NCBI RefSeq assembly: GCF_006345805.1
Contig: NW_021833265.1
Coordinates: 1 to 64,000, forward strand
From: Octopus sinensis
Taxonomy: Eukaryota
Reading direction: 5' to 3'
DNA length: 64,000 nucleotides
The notes under the pieces are model-generated. The model was given only the letters and a program-made list of their open reading frames with translations, was not told where the DNA came from and made no database searches. Shown piece after piece: positions 24,100 to 37,420 of the stretch; positions within the stretch are counted from its first letter, which is position 1, and each line of letters starts with the position of its first letter. The position numbers were made by a program, and so were the translations under genes.

Positions 24100-25440
24100 T
24101 AGTCTTTCAATATTTCTTTTACGTCGAAATACCTAGAAATTTGGGCCCAGGTTTTTTTGCGGTATCTTGTCTATTTGCTTCTCTTTTTTTGTTTTCTTGT
24201 TGTTGGGGAGCGGGTGGGTTCACTGTCTGCAGGAGAAGGGTGGGTCTCAGAGGGTGCGGGTTGTGTTGGGGTGGATTGGGGTTCAGCACTATTTATTTTT
24301 CTTCCTTCTTCTCTCCCTCCTTCTTCTGCCTTCTTCCCATTCTTTCTGTACCTCCTCCTCTTCCGTTGTGTCTTTCTTCGTTGATTTCTACTTATCCTCG
24401 TTGGCCACTACCTCTCTTTGAGGTTCCGCATCAATTTCCTTTGATGGGGGAGGGCAGTAGCTCTTATGTGACCTTTCAGGCCACACTTGTAGCAGCGTGG
24501 AGCTCTGCCCTCCACCCACACTCTCATAATAACATTCCCATTCTGATATTCTCAGTCAATTGTTCCAATATTTCAGCCTCTGCTTGCACGTTAGTTCCAA
24601 AACTGCACCTTCCAGCCTTCATCTTTCACTGTAGCATGGAAGATGTCAACTTCTTCCTCACATCCACTGATTACGGCTGCCACTATCCACTCTCCGTCAA
24701 CATTAGGAGGTATCCTCTCCGCCTTGATCCGAGTAGTTTTTCTACCCAGATATGAGGGCAGAAGGAACACCTTTTCTGTCTTCACTGTTCTCGTTGCCAT
24801 TTTCCTCGCCACACTTTCATTCTTCAATTGGACCACCACGGTACCGAAATTTATGCCTCTTGCCAAGAATATTATGTCTTCTTCCGTTCTTTTTAGTGCT
24901 TCTACTATTGTCTCGATACTGACGACTTCTATTTTCTTTTTTTCATTGGCATAAACCCGGTACGTGATGGTCCTTCGTTCATGCTACTCACTTCGTTTTG
25001 GTGGCGGTGACAACTCCACTTCACCGCCGACCTTTTTAATAAATGCCTGGTAGCTTGGCAACTTGGCCAAGACTATTTCTCTTTCCTCCGTTCTTGTCGC
25101 TCCTGCGTATGTGTAGCCTAATTGCTTGTCCATTTTCTTTATCGCCTTTTCAAGTTCTTCTTCAGAAGTCGATAAATCTGACACACTTTCGAACATACTT
25201 CGTCTGGCCATCTCTCCATTAGGGAGGAGCAGCCCACTTCTTCCTTGTCTGTCTCAACACAGACAGACAAAAACCCCCAAAACCATGTAACAATAACGTT
25301 TAACGATAAAAATTAACAATCAACAAATAAAACAGCAACTCACAGGTTCAAATAAGAAGCACAATACCAAACAACACATAGTACACGGAAACAAATGCAC
25401 AATTACATACCTGCTACATGCGAAAGACCAGACATTACGT
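24100..25440 (-). mobile_element. 5' UTR and ORF1 (gag-like) of an L1/Tx1-type non-LTR element, no ORF2
   Basis: Frameshifted minus-strand ORFs 24984-25211 and 24591-24866, then a zinc-knuckle-like PRCYKCGLKGH (~24485) and a basic tail. Confidence 0.65.
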
Positions 25441-26324
25441 ACTCCCAAAATTCTCATAGATACTGAATGCTACTTTATAAGCATATAATTAAATCTAGCA
25501 GCTATAGTAAGTGGTATGCGCACAGCTCCAACTGGACTAATTCACTTCTGCACTCAATTAAATTTTTCATATTTTAATTTCTCCCATTCATGCAAAGCCA
25601 CATATTCGAGTTCAATTCCTTCATACATCTTATATTAATTGCTATTTTTTCTTTTAATTGTTATATATTTTTAATAAAATATATATTTTTAATAAAATAA
25701 AATATATTTAATTACTACTTACTATATTTACTATATTTAATTCAATGTTATTATTACCTCTAACTTTTATTGCAATTTTTATTTCTAAATTTCTTATGGA
25801 ACGTCGAGTGGATCTTATGCGTACAATATATTTTTATATGATGTTTATATATTTTAGATATTACTACATATTAAAACGTCGGGCTTATGTCTGTTCTGTA
25901 GATATAAATGAATATATGAATATATGTATGTGTTTGATCTATCTGTGGATTTTGTAGTGCTCTTGGTTGCTGCTCGCATTGCCTCCCCTCGGATTAAAAA
26001 GTGTATACAGCTCATTTGAACACTGCTATTCCAGTCTGTTATATATTTTGAGCGTTGTTGTCACTAACGATCTCAAGATATAACTTATATTTTGTAATAT
26101 ATATATATATATATATATATATAACACCCATATACATACAAAGAGATATATGTTTTTGTTTCACTTTTAACACGTAATACTGAAATAGTGGAGAAGATAT
26201 GATATTGCTGTGGGCTCGCTCTAGGCAAGAAGCAAGGCATGTGTAAAATTTGAATGAAATGGTGGTGTAGTTCTCAAGTTTTAGGGAAACACACAGACAG
26301 ACACACATTCTCAGTTTTTATATA

Positions 26325-26364
<40 letters not shown>

Positions 26365-27503
26365 TAATAATAATAATAATAGGGAGGGAGTAAATCCAAA
26401 CTTACAGGGAAAAAATTAGATTAGGATTAAATCCAATTTTACAGTATAAATATATATATTTATATCAAATTAGAGATAAATATATTCGTAGTATTTATTT
26501 GATACTATATAACTACGGATTGATTATTTCATTAAGTGTTTTATTATTTCATTTTAGTTTCTTAACTATACGATTTTTGAAAGTTATTAGTTCGCCAACG
26601 AGATGTATGGATCGTTAATTAGTTATAGCGTTCTTTTAAGATTGTTTGTTTGTTTACAATTATCTATTTCATCTATAATCTTTTAATATTTTTATAAGTA
26701 ATAATGAATAATTAATTTATTAAGTCTTTATTATACGTGAATACATATTTATTGATAGAGATAATTTTAGATCTTAATTCTTATATTTATATACATTTAT
26801 ATATTTTCATTGATAATTTAGTTAGTATTCAAATATTATATAATTATTTGACTTGAAATTATATTTAATAATATGAATAGTCATTTTTTTTTACAATATT
26901 TATGTAATTAGATATTGACTATAACTGAGATTAGATTATTTGTGGGTTTCTTACCTTAAAAATTAATACTTAAAAATTAATATTTAACATTATAATCGAT
27001 GTATGAATATAATCAATCGTTAATGTTCTAGTTTGATAATAGAGTTTTTTATAAGAAAAATTATTATTTATTTATTTCTTTAAAAATATTGTTAAATGTT
27101 TGATTATTTATTAAATATTATAATTAACCTGAAGATTGACTATAACCATAATTCGAATTATTAATTGAATTTAAATTATTGTTATTCGAATTAGATTATG
27201 GGCAGGAAACGATCGTAGTGGTTTTACTCTTTATCTTATATTAAACTTTTAATTCGTTTTGATAGTTATATTTATTAAAAAAATAATAATAAAAATAAAA
27301 ATAATATATATATAAATTCATAAGTATAAATTAATAATTAAATATTTTTAAAATTTTAACTTTAAATTTAAATTTAAATAATTTAAATTTTGAATTTATA
27401 TTTTGTATATTTGTATTATATTAATTAATTTATTTCTATTATTGGTTTATGTTTCACTGTTGATTTGCCTAATAGTGGGTTTATCTCTAATTTATATAAA
27501 ATA

Positions 27504-27550
<47 letters not shown>

Positions 27551-27604
27551 TATTATATTATTAGTGTGTGTGGTGTGTGTGTGTGTGTGTGTTGTGTGTG
27601 TGTA

Positions 27605-28389
27605 CAACGTGTCCCAAAAGTCACTATACACTTTCTTTTTTCTATTTCGTTTCAGGTATCATTCGGAGAGTCATGTGACCATCAACATTTAACACCTTAG
27701 GCTTTGCAGTTATTGTAAGTGTATCATTCCCTTGCCCATGGCACACCATACCACCAGCTTCGAAGAGTCTCGTTCGTGTTCGAGAATTTCTGCTGGTTTT
27801 GATTTTCCCCAAATTCGACAATTGCGTTGGTTTACCCGATCAGAGAGATGAAAGATAGACTCATCGCTGAACCACACGTTTTCCAAGAACTGAGAGTCAT
27901 TTTGGTAATTGTAGAGGAGTGATTGACACATTTCCACACCATGAACATCATGATCTTCCACTTGAAGTCTTTGAAGAACCCAATGTCGGTACGGATAGAG
28001 CTTTATCACTCTCTGAAGCATCTACTGAATCAAGCTTTTGTTGATAGTAAGTTCCAGCGCAGTCCTTCGTGGTTTGTCAAGAACAGATCCTCTTTCGAGA
28101 AACTTGCTACGGATAGCATAAATTGTGCTACGCGTTGGAGCTGTGTGACGGCCATGAACCCTGTCAAACTTGCGATGAAATGCAGTAGGGGGACTGAAAA
28201 ACTTCCTGCCTGGCGGGAATTTTGAAACGTTGCTCTAACGTCAGACGGCGAGCCATGGGCAAGGGAATGATACACTTACAAAAACTGTAAGACCTAAGGT
28301 GTCAAATACTGATGGCCTCACGTCTCTCCAAATGATACCCGAAACGAAATAGAAAAAAGAAAGCGTATAGTGACTTTTGGGACACCCTG
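27605..28389 (-). mobile_element. Deleted Tc1/mariner-superfamily element with ~140 bp inverted ends and TA flanks
   Basis: CAGGGTGTCCC-type termini and TA on both sides. Minus-strand MARRLTLEQRF..VWFSDESIFHLSDRVNQRNCRIWG..VVWCA. Confidence 0.85.
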
Positions 28390-28402
28390 TAAATATATAT
28401 AT

Positions 28403-28458
<56 letters not shown>

Positions 28459-28582
28459 GTATATATATATATACTACATACATACATACATACATACATA
28501 CATACATACATACATACATACATACATCAAAGACATGCATGTATACGTACGAACATTATGTATGTATGCATGTATGTATGTA

Positions 28583-30939
28583 CCGTATTTGCCGGCAGAT
28601 TGGACGCGCTTTTCTTATTTTTAAATGTATCAAATGCGTCTAATGTGGCCACATTACGGAAGGGAGGCCGAGCGCCGTAGGCTAGGGAGCAGGGACGAGC
28701 GTACTTGGAAGTTCTCTTGGCGCAAAAACTGTTGCTCTAATAGAATAATCAGAACAAGCCAAATCATTACAGTAAATTGTGTTACTAATAATAAAATGTT
28801 GAAACAAGCCGAATTATCACAGTCTGTTATCACAAACTTACGAAAGATTGATTACGATACGCTGTCATCACCTCACTTACCTCGTTCCCCAACATCTGAT
28901 ATATAAATACATTATTTAAAGAACTAGGTTACATTTTATGAACATTTCTTCTTATCTAAATGAAAAATGCTCCTAGAAAGTTGAATGGAATGTTAAACTT
29001 TCATCCACCTGGCAGCCATTTGCAATGATCAGACCTGATCATATGTCGGAGGCATCGCTTGTACAACAGCGCCTCTTCTTGTTGTGTTCCATTCTTGGTC
29101 ATTCATTTGTGTTTGGTTCTTTAGTCTTTTTTCCCTTATTTTCCAATTTGTGGTCTGTCGCGGTAACACAAAGCATCACATCCAGAAATACGAGTTTCAC
29201 ATCCTGTATAGCATTTGCTGTTTCCCAAAATATAAACAACTATACAGCTGATCTGAGAGGAGGCAAGAGTTGGGGCAAGGTTCCCATAACGTATCGGTAA
29301 GTTGACTTACGATCAATTTCGCACAGATTGCAACACATGGCTGAGAAACTAGATGTCGTAGCAAACGCAAAGGACCACGGTAATAGGGCAGCCTGCTCGG
29401 TATTTTGGTCTACCACCGACCGACAAAATGCTAAGACTTGGCGGAGGAAACAGGAAGAGTAGCTAAAAGCTGCTAAACGTATCAAACACTGCCTCCGTAG
29501 GGGATTCATAAAGTGGTCTGAACTAGAAGAAGAATTAAAAACATGAGGTTTAGACCAAAGAAGATCGAGCTTTTTCATCCCACTAAAATGGTTATGCACC
29601 GTTCAAGACTTATAGCAATGGACTGAGATATCAACGATTTTAAAGGGTAAACATCACGGTTGTCCCATATTTATGGGGAGAAATAAAAATGTTCCCTGAA
29701 TACGAAAATTAAATACATAAGTTTCATAGGTACCACATCTGTGCAAGAAAACAAATTAATTTTGGACTTTCACACAGATAGTAAATATGGTCGAAGTCTT
29801 TGACATTTGATGTGCCATCAAACAAGGCAGTAGAACCCAAGGGTGCTAAAACTCTGACTGTTAAAACATGTGGCCATGAAAAGACACGCTACACAGTTGT
29901 ATCATCATACTGCGCTGATGGCACAAAACTTTCATCTTTTTTAATTTTTAAAGGAAAGACATAGCCTAAAAAAAGGATATCCAATGGCATTTATGTTCTT
30001 GTCCACCCAAAAAGATCGGAAGGATGAGGGAGGAATGAAATCATGACTTGACAAAGAGTGGTCCAGGCGTCCTGGTGGACTATTAAAGAAACCCGCTTTA
30101 TTAGTTTGAGACCAGTTTCGGGCTTATAGAACTGAGCTTGTTAAGAGGAAACTTGGAGAACTGAAGACTCAGTTAGCTATAATCCCAGCCTAACCTGCTA
30201 TAATTCCGGGACGCCTAACCAGCGGTAATTCCGGAAGGCCTAACCAGTCTTTAAATGTTTCACTCAATAAACCATCTAAAAGATTCCTTCGGGTGGGGTG
30301 GAGCAAGTGGACGCAGTCTTCAGATTTTGAAGTAACACGAACAGGAAGAAGGAAGAGGCATACTATATTGCACAGGTGTGTGATTGGGTAAAAAGTTCAT
30401 GGAATGCTGTAAAAGAAGAGGATGCTGTGAAACCATTTAAAAAAAACTGGTATTAGTAATGCCCTTGATGGTATTATTTGAAGAATATATCGCTGATACA
30501 GACCCTTTTGCAGAGAATTCTAGTGATGAAGAGAGTACCGGTAATATTGATGGCAGCAGTAAGAACGAGAAACTTTAACTATCAATAAGAATTTATCCCT
30601 TTTATTGCACTTCGCTGATTGGTTTCTCCCAGTTTTTATCTGTATATTTGCTTTTTGTTTGCATAGACCAGGTTTCATTAATACCAACATTCTCTTTCGC
30701 TATGGCAAATTAATTTTGTTTCCTTTAAAGGTGAGTGTAAAGCTACATATGACTTCATATTTTATTCCTCTGTACTGTCACATTATTGTATTTCATGCGC
30801 AGAATCATACAATTGTCACCACAAAACAACTTTCAATAAATCCATGATGAAACATACTAAAATTGTTTTTTCCGCAAAATATCCTTGTAAAATAAGGATG
30901 AGTCTTATGTGAGGGTGCATCCAATGCGCTGGCAAATAT
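28583..30939 (+). mobile_element. Degenerate pogo-family (POGK-like DDE_1) DNA transposon
   Basis: Imperfect TIRs CCGTATTTGCCGGC..TTGGACGC / ..GCATCCAATGCGCTGGCAAATA. Remnants LTFDVPSNKAVEPKGAKTLTVKTCGHEKTRYTVV..CADGTKL and VCDWVKSSWNAVK. Confidence 0.8.
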
Positions 30940-31918
30940 TACACACACACACACACACACATGGTATTAGTAATTAAATTTCATAGACGGACTTTATAAA
31001 TATTTTAATGCAGCGCTACGCGAGTTTCCACAAATCACGTATTTCTTGTGATCACAGTCCGTATTCCGGAGATGATTACGGTACAATCCGTGGATCATAG
31101 TTTCTGCGTTCTTACATCATTTTTTTCCATTTCAGAACTTTTGAATAATTTCAGTCAGTCACATACATTGAAGGACATCAGCTCCGTAGGATGTGCTTTC
31201 GGCTCCTATTATTTCGTTAATAGTAAGACCATTTTTATTTAGTTGTTTATTTTTAGTGTTCTTTGATTCTGTGTCTTGTTCCTGATCTTTAATTCATCGA
31301 TCTTCTGTCTCCAGTGCACGCCGAACAAAACTGAAAATTTTAAATATCTCTTTCTTCCGCAACGCAAAAAATAAAGAAATTTATAAATATCGTTTTTTTT
31401 TCTTCATTTCATGATTATTTCTACTTAGCGTCTTAATTTTTAGTTAAATAGATAATAAATAAATTAATAATTAATAGTCATGCAGAAAGATGTAGTAAAA
31501 CTAACACACAAGTACATTTAAAATCTGGCAGATGGGTTAATATTAATCCTCACTGTCATTAAACATCTCAACACGCTTCGTTACTAACTTGCTCAGAAAT
31601 ACCTTAATGCATCTCGCTGGTAATACGAGAACAACTTTACCTCCGAGATAACCAGCCACATGCCCCTTCTCATTCTCCCGTCATACATGCTATTTCACCA
31701 GCCAGATCCCTCATCAATTATTATTCCCAATCCCCCCTTTCTAGATTATGCAACTCACTCCCCACTCACACTAACCTAAAGATTAATAACATCGATCTAT
31801 CGAATCAATAGACCATATCTATTCGTTTCTCTTGTACCTTGTCAATAAAGAGAAATAATTTAATTTGTGTTGTTATATTTCTTGTGTTTCCTCTTTCTAT
31901 TTATTTTTTCTATTGTAG

Positions 31919-32109
31919 AAAAAGAAATTAATGATTTGACAGCTTATTCAACTTTTTCCTTCAAACCAAATCCATATCTCAACCTTGTAATCGATGCCCA
32001 AATGGATGCTCACTCGGTTCTGGATTGTTCACGTTTATGTATGATATCTTCTAAATGTATCGCCTTTTCATATACTAACACTAAGTGCGTGCTAAAGAAA
32101 CTGATCTGA
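31919..32109 (+). CDS. PAN gene A: terminal PAN/Apple-like domain exon 3
   Basis: ttttctattgtAG acceptor, phase 1. SVLDCSRLCMISSKCIAFSYTNTKCVLKKLI*. AATAAA follows at 32212. Confidence 0.8.
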
Positions 32110-32211
32110 ACTTTAATGGAATTATGACTTCTCAATGAAATGTGAGCACGACTTCAACGGATCACGTTTGCTGATAATAATTCTATCAGATAAAATGTGT
32201 ATTTCTTTGTG

Positions 32212-32217
32212 AATAAA
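32212..32217 (+). terminator. Probable polyadenylation signal of PAN gene A
   Basis: AATAAA ~100 nt after the stop, conserved at the mirror position in arm B (41729-41734). Confidence 0.55.
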
Positions 32218-32473
32218 ATCAATTTAATTAAGATAATTCCTTTGTTAATTTATTTTTATTTCTCATGTTTTTCTTTCAAATTAGTCTTCTCTTATAAACC
32301 CATTCACACATTTGAAGGTTTATAAGATTATCGAATTTACTCTTGTACAAATGAAGCAATGGGTATTATTTTATCGACCTTCAAAGAATGGACAGAATTC
32401 GATCGCAAAACGTGACGGTTCTAAACTAAATACCACAAACAGTTAAAACGAATCTTTAACCCATTATCTAAAT

Positions 32474-32513
32474 ACTAGCATTATGACCCGTTGTTGCGGG
32501 TCATAGTGCTAGT
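32474..32513. other. 40-bp hairpin, second copy
   Basis: ACTAGCAtTATGACCCG ttgttg CGGGTCATAgTGCTAGT. Absent at the matching arm-B site (~41450). Confidence 0.8.
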
Positions 32514-32729
32514 GCATGTATATATGTGTATATATACGTGTACATATTACATGTATATCTATATATATACATCAACGCATAAAATACAAAATACAAAGTT
32601 ATATCTTGATATCGCTAGTGATAACAATACTCAAAATATATAACAGACTGGAATTGTTAGCCCGTCTCTTGTAAATTCGATCAATTGTATCTTGTCCTCC
32701 CTCTTGTATAGAAGTGTGGCTACAATCCC

Positions 32730-33500
32730 GCCTACTTCTACTTTTGGGGGGATATTTTAAATTTTATCCGGGACGTCCTACGTCCCAGATATAAAGGTAA
32801 AAATAAAATATTTCCACTTTGCAAGGTTCGAGTCGAGTACTCCCTTGCACGCTCCGTTGACTCGAATCTTGCTTCTATTGTGGTGAATTTACCGCCTCTA
32901 GTTAGATATATTTCATAGACGCACCAAGACACTTTTCGATGGTGCTTTCCTCCAGGTGTTCAAATCTTTTTTTTCTTCTCTACATTGTATACTTTATAGA
33001 CAATAGTCTTTTCTTTAATTTAATTTTTTATTTCGTTTGGTGGTGTTATCCTAGATTCACCGTCTTTGTCGGTGATCAATCCGTATTTCTTCCATTTTAA
33101 TTTCAATGAGTTCGCGCCCACCGACGGCTGCAGCGAAATTCATTTTTGGACTTTCTTCTATCGAAGGCATTCTAACAAAAATGCTTCCGTGTAAACGGTG
33201 AAAATATTGTCAATTTCCCCAAACAGGGACACAATTCAATTTTTAAACAATAACCAAAGCTCCTTCTCCCAAAGGGGGAGGGTTACAGTTTACAATTATT
33301 TAACAAATGCAACACAACAATGTTTCCTTTACGAGGAACCAACAAACGTAATAACAATAATTAAACAGTAATAATAATAACAACAAACGTTACGATGAAT
33401 CAGAAAGCAGTAAGCAGTTGAAGCTTTAGTCCTTTATGTATAAGAAATAAACCAACAGCAGTACTCTGTAAAAGCGGCTGTTCGAGAAAACAGATATTAC
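32730..33500 (-). mobile_element. Second degenerate 5'/ORF1 fragment of the L1/Tx1-type family
   Basis: ORF 32738-32932 (..STRTLQSGNILFLPLYLGRRTSRIK) is homologous to ORF 24591-24866 (..ATRTVKTEKVFLLPSYLGRKTTRIK). Confidence 0.6.
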
Positions 33501-33818
33501 ATACATCCAAACTTCATATAGATACTTAATGCTAGCTAATTAGCAGATAATCTAATGTAATCTAATGTAAAAGCACAGCTCCATCTGGACTATTCCATTT
33601 CTGCACGCTAATTTTATTTTTAATTTATTCCTATTCATGTGAAACCAGTCATTGATGCAATTTTATACCAATTGCTATTTTTACTTTTGTATACTTTAGT
33701 TTGATTTTTAATTATTACTTACTACATATAATTTAATTGTTATTATTATTTTTATTGATAAAGTGAAAGTATCTGACATAAAATAGAGAAATGTTTTTGT
33801 TTCACTTTTAACACGTAA

Positions 33819-33992
33819 ACGGATTAAGTCGATTACATCGACCCCAGTGCGTGACTAGTACTCAATTTATCGAACCCGAAAGGATGAAAGGCAAAGTCGA
33901 CCTCGGCGGAATTTGAACTCAGAACGTAACGGCAGACGAAATACCGCTATGCATTTCGCTCGGCGTGCTAACGATTCTGCCAGCTCGCCGCC
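33819..33992 (-). mobile_element. Meta-domain tRNA SINE
   Basis: Minus strand GGCGGCGAGCTGGCAG head, GTTCAAATTCC B-box and the Meta-like GCCTTTCATCCTTTCGGGTTCGATAAATTGAGTAC. Confidence 0.8.
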
Positions 33993-35765
33993 TTCAAACT
34001 GAAAAATAATGATGAAGGTAATATCGAAAAACTCTCTGAAGAATATAGCAAACACTTTCCGAGAATTATGGTACGTCTATTCCAACGTAAGAAAGCACCA
34101 AATATCTTAGGTACTCTGATTGTTAATTTGAGTTTTAATTCTGGTCTCTCAGAAACAGTCAAAGCTGGCATCTCTAAAGAAATTTTATCAAGGATTACAA
34201 AGTGAAATTAATATAAAAATCTTTTCTTTTTTTCCCTTTGGACAAAATTTTGCGTTTCAGCAAATTATTTGCATACACGGATGCTACAGATTAAACGAAA
34301 ATACGAAATCAATAATACGAAACTCGTAGCAAAACTCAGCAGCGCAAAGAAAGTTTAAAATAGATTTTACTGTGACAAATTGAATAGCAACACTGACAAT
34401 GAATATCGTAAGAATGTTGCTTTTGTGTCCGTTGGTTATGCTTTAGATTAATATTGGTGAAGAGGAGAGGTGGCAGTAGACACGGCGTTTGCAGAAGTTT
34501 ATGGATTAGTGAGATCGATACGGTTAATCTTTAGCTTGGAGATTTGTGTGTTGACATCTGTTGGGAAAATGGGATCAGGGATTGAATTTCAGAGGATTAA
34601 TGTTCTGGGGCAGTGGAAACCCAATCGCTGTGTTGTAGCCCAGTCAGCCTTAGTTTAAAAAAAGCACGGGCAAAGATTTTATATAAATAATAATTTGAGT
34701 TTTATTTGAATAAATAAAATTTACAGTCAACTTCTGAATGAGATTGAAATGTCACAGATAAATAAAAAGTTAGCGTCATCTATTATTATAAGTTAAGAAA
34801 ATAATAATTATTCGAAGGCAAATCTCTTTTCGATGATGTGTCGAAAAACGAAAGCGGATGTCTTCAAGATTCAGGTTTTCGGTACATCATCTATTTATAA
34901 TAACTGGGTATAAATTGTATGGTTTATTGTTTACTATGGAATCCTTCAGATAAGACTTGATCATCCACACCTTGAGAAAGTATTCATTCATAGCCTGCCG
35001 TGTGCTTACAGGCAGTGTTACATCTTCTTGCAGCAGTTCGATCAGTTCAAACGAGGAATCCATAGAGAGATTCAAAATCTCAAGTAAATCGATCAATGAG
35101 ACCAAAATGTGTCACTTCCACCCGATGAGTCGCTTTGCACAGTGGAATTCTGATATCAGGGTGACCAATTTCAGTGGAAATGTATCTGCTATGAATCTGA
35201 GACAAACCATATTCAGAAACTGGGGAATTTAGGGAGTAAGATAAAGGTTTATTGTGGGCAATAAAGAAATAAGATAAGAGAGGTTTATCATGATATCACC
35301 ATTTTATGCCGAAAATTGGTGTCGGAACTCTAAGCAATTGTGGTTCAATATAAGAATGACGGTCTCATTTGTGAAAATAGTTTTAAGATCCTCTTCTATT
35401 TTTCACCCGGTTTCGAAAACTCTCACTGAGCACCTAGGCCTCCAAATGTGGAGTTTTAAGTTTTCTCGTGTCAGCTGATTAACCTCCGTTACTTCACTGA
35501 TCTGTCACTTAATTGGTGGCCAGAAAAGGTTAGTTTCGTTTGACATCAAGAAGTTCAATGCATATGGATATCATTTCCGTTGCTGTAGTCACAGCAGTGA
35601 AAATTTGTAATAGTTTTTGCTAAAGACTTGATTTGTATTAAAACATGTTTAGCGAAGACGAGAGCGCAAACTTTCATAGACAAAAGTAATAGAAACATTT
35701 CTCTTTAATTTGCCTCTCTCATAACTTGATAACCTCACCGAAATGTGAGAGGATGTCCATAATAA

Positions 35766-35867
35766 ATGACTGCTCATAATGAACAGCATAGCACGGTACC
35801 CGCTGACTGACCCATCGTGTATAGGAGGAGATTTTCAGCTCTGCTGATTGTTCTCGTTTTTCTTCCT
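35766..35867 (+). pseudogene. Second secreted-protein gene, arm A copy, first coding exon with a premature TGA at codon 15
   Basis: MTAHNEQHSTVPAD*PIVYRRRFSALLIVLVFLP then GTAAGT. Arm B has TGG at the stop position. Confidence 0.55.
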
Positions 35868-35988
35868 GTAAGTACTTGTTTTTACTGATGCACTCTGAAT
35901 CGAGCTATAAACAGGTTAAGTTGCTGCTGTATGACGAAAAATTCCCCGATAGCCTTTACATTTTTGTTAAGAAGTTATCTACATCTAG

Positions 35989-36067
35989 GTTCTGTTGGTG
36001 GAAGCTGACACAAGTTGCAAATGGGGCTGCGACATGCAGTTTCGCTTGAATACCAGCTACTTCGCTC
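35989..36067 (+). pseudogene. Second gene, arm A copy, start of exon 2 (VLLVEADTSCKWGCDMQFRLNTS)
   Basis: catctAG acceptor after a 121-nt phase-0 intron. Homology with arm B ends near 36067. Confidence 0.5.
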
Positions 36068-36394
36068 GTTTTTTCTTGTTTCGAGTCGCAGTTTTCCCAC
36101 GTATGGACGGAACATTAAATGTACAGAATTCGCAACTTTCCACGGAATAATCCTCACAATAAACAAAATGTAGCAACAGTTTTAGACTGAATAACATTAA
36201 ACGTTTTTGAGAAGGGAAAATAAAAATAATAATTTGTTTAATTAAGAAAGATAATGAGATAATACTGCTGGTGTATTTTTAGTATTGATACAACAACGTT
36301 AGAGATATTAATATTTGAACGTACTGAGATGGTAAACTTCTTGGTCATTATTTTTAATAACAAAGATATTCACACACAGTAGATCCAATATATA

Positions 36395-37420
36395 ATGGAT
36401 ATACGACAATTCATAAAAAGAAATCTTGTTGCAATAACTGAAGATGTTGAATATTCTCCAGAACCAAAGGGCCACAACGTGTCAGCTCCTGAAGTATTTG
36501 AACGTTATGATACAATTATAGACTCACTGGGGTATGCATGTATTTTGGAAATACCTAACGGAGTGACGACCGAGCCCTGCATATTTACGACTGCCAGAAA
36601 TACGGTGAAGTCATAGACAACGGTGCTTCTTACATCGATGCTGAACAGAAGAATCATAGAAGATCAATTGTCAGGATCACTTAGCTCTATCAAGATAGAA
36701 ACTCCAACGCATTCATTGGGGTGGCGTCCATGGTTGAGTAATCAAGTAATGAAAGAATCACTATGATTCAAGGTCCCAATTAAAATTTATAAGAATGGAA
36801 TTTGATAGGGACAGAGTGTCTTGGGAATTCACGAAAGCAGCGAGAAAGAAATCACAGGATTTTAATTCAGCAGATGAGACAAGGATGATCGTGCTGTGAT
36901 AGACACCGCAGTACAGGCCGGACTGTGGTTAGGGAGGAGAAAACATTTCATTCGAAAAGGCACCTTTCAGAGCAGCAGTCGATGTTCGACAGATTCAACA
37001 GCGTCATTTTGAAAACGTTAACAACCAAGGCAATAAATCTTAACTAAATCAGAAATAAAAATCGCAAAAAAACATTGTTTGACCCAAGTTGCCGCAGTTC
37101 CAATCCAGGTCTTTTTAAATTACATCAATGAGTACAGCATACACGAAAATAGAGTATATTGCTTTTGTTGTCCACATTTTCTAGGAAAAAGCCCAAAATA
37201 GCAATAGCAAGCACTCATTAAAACAAGTTTTCTCGAGCGGAAGTATGCATTGGGGTAAAATGTACCAAATCTATATCTCAGCCGGTTGTGTATGGAGGGA
37301 ATATCAAACTTTTGGGAAAGAAACTTGTGATGCTATTCACTGTCATTTGTCAAGAAGGGGACAATAATGGGACCACGAAAAGCAAAATACTTATATCATT
37401 GTACTCGCAATGATTATTCT
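36395..37420 (+). mobile_element. Possible highly degenerate hAT-type (TTF zinc finger) transposase remnant
   Basis: MDIRQFIKR start and EYSIHENRVYCFCCPHF at ~37130, resembling the TTF-type zinc finger. No termini found. Confidence 0.4.

Larger units (their letters stand above)
14432..36067 (+). repeat. Arm A of a large degenerate inverted duplication
   Basis: Blocks 14.4-16.9, 22.8-23.3, 31.0-32.5 and 34.0-36.07 kb match, in reverse complement and mirror order, 60.6-63.4, 47.6-48.1, 41.4-42.9 and 39.26-41.4 kb. Confidence 0.92.

Noticed and set aside
31012-31080. Exon after the conserved ttaatgcAG in the three-copy motif (LREFPQIT reading)
   Set aside because: There is no shared phase-1 donor, the frame hits a stop in both arms, and the third copy lacks the AG.
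33995-34090. Exon ending at the conserved GTAAG at ~34088
   Set aside because: The matching frame in arm B contains a stop, and no acceptor or peptide similarity was found.
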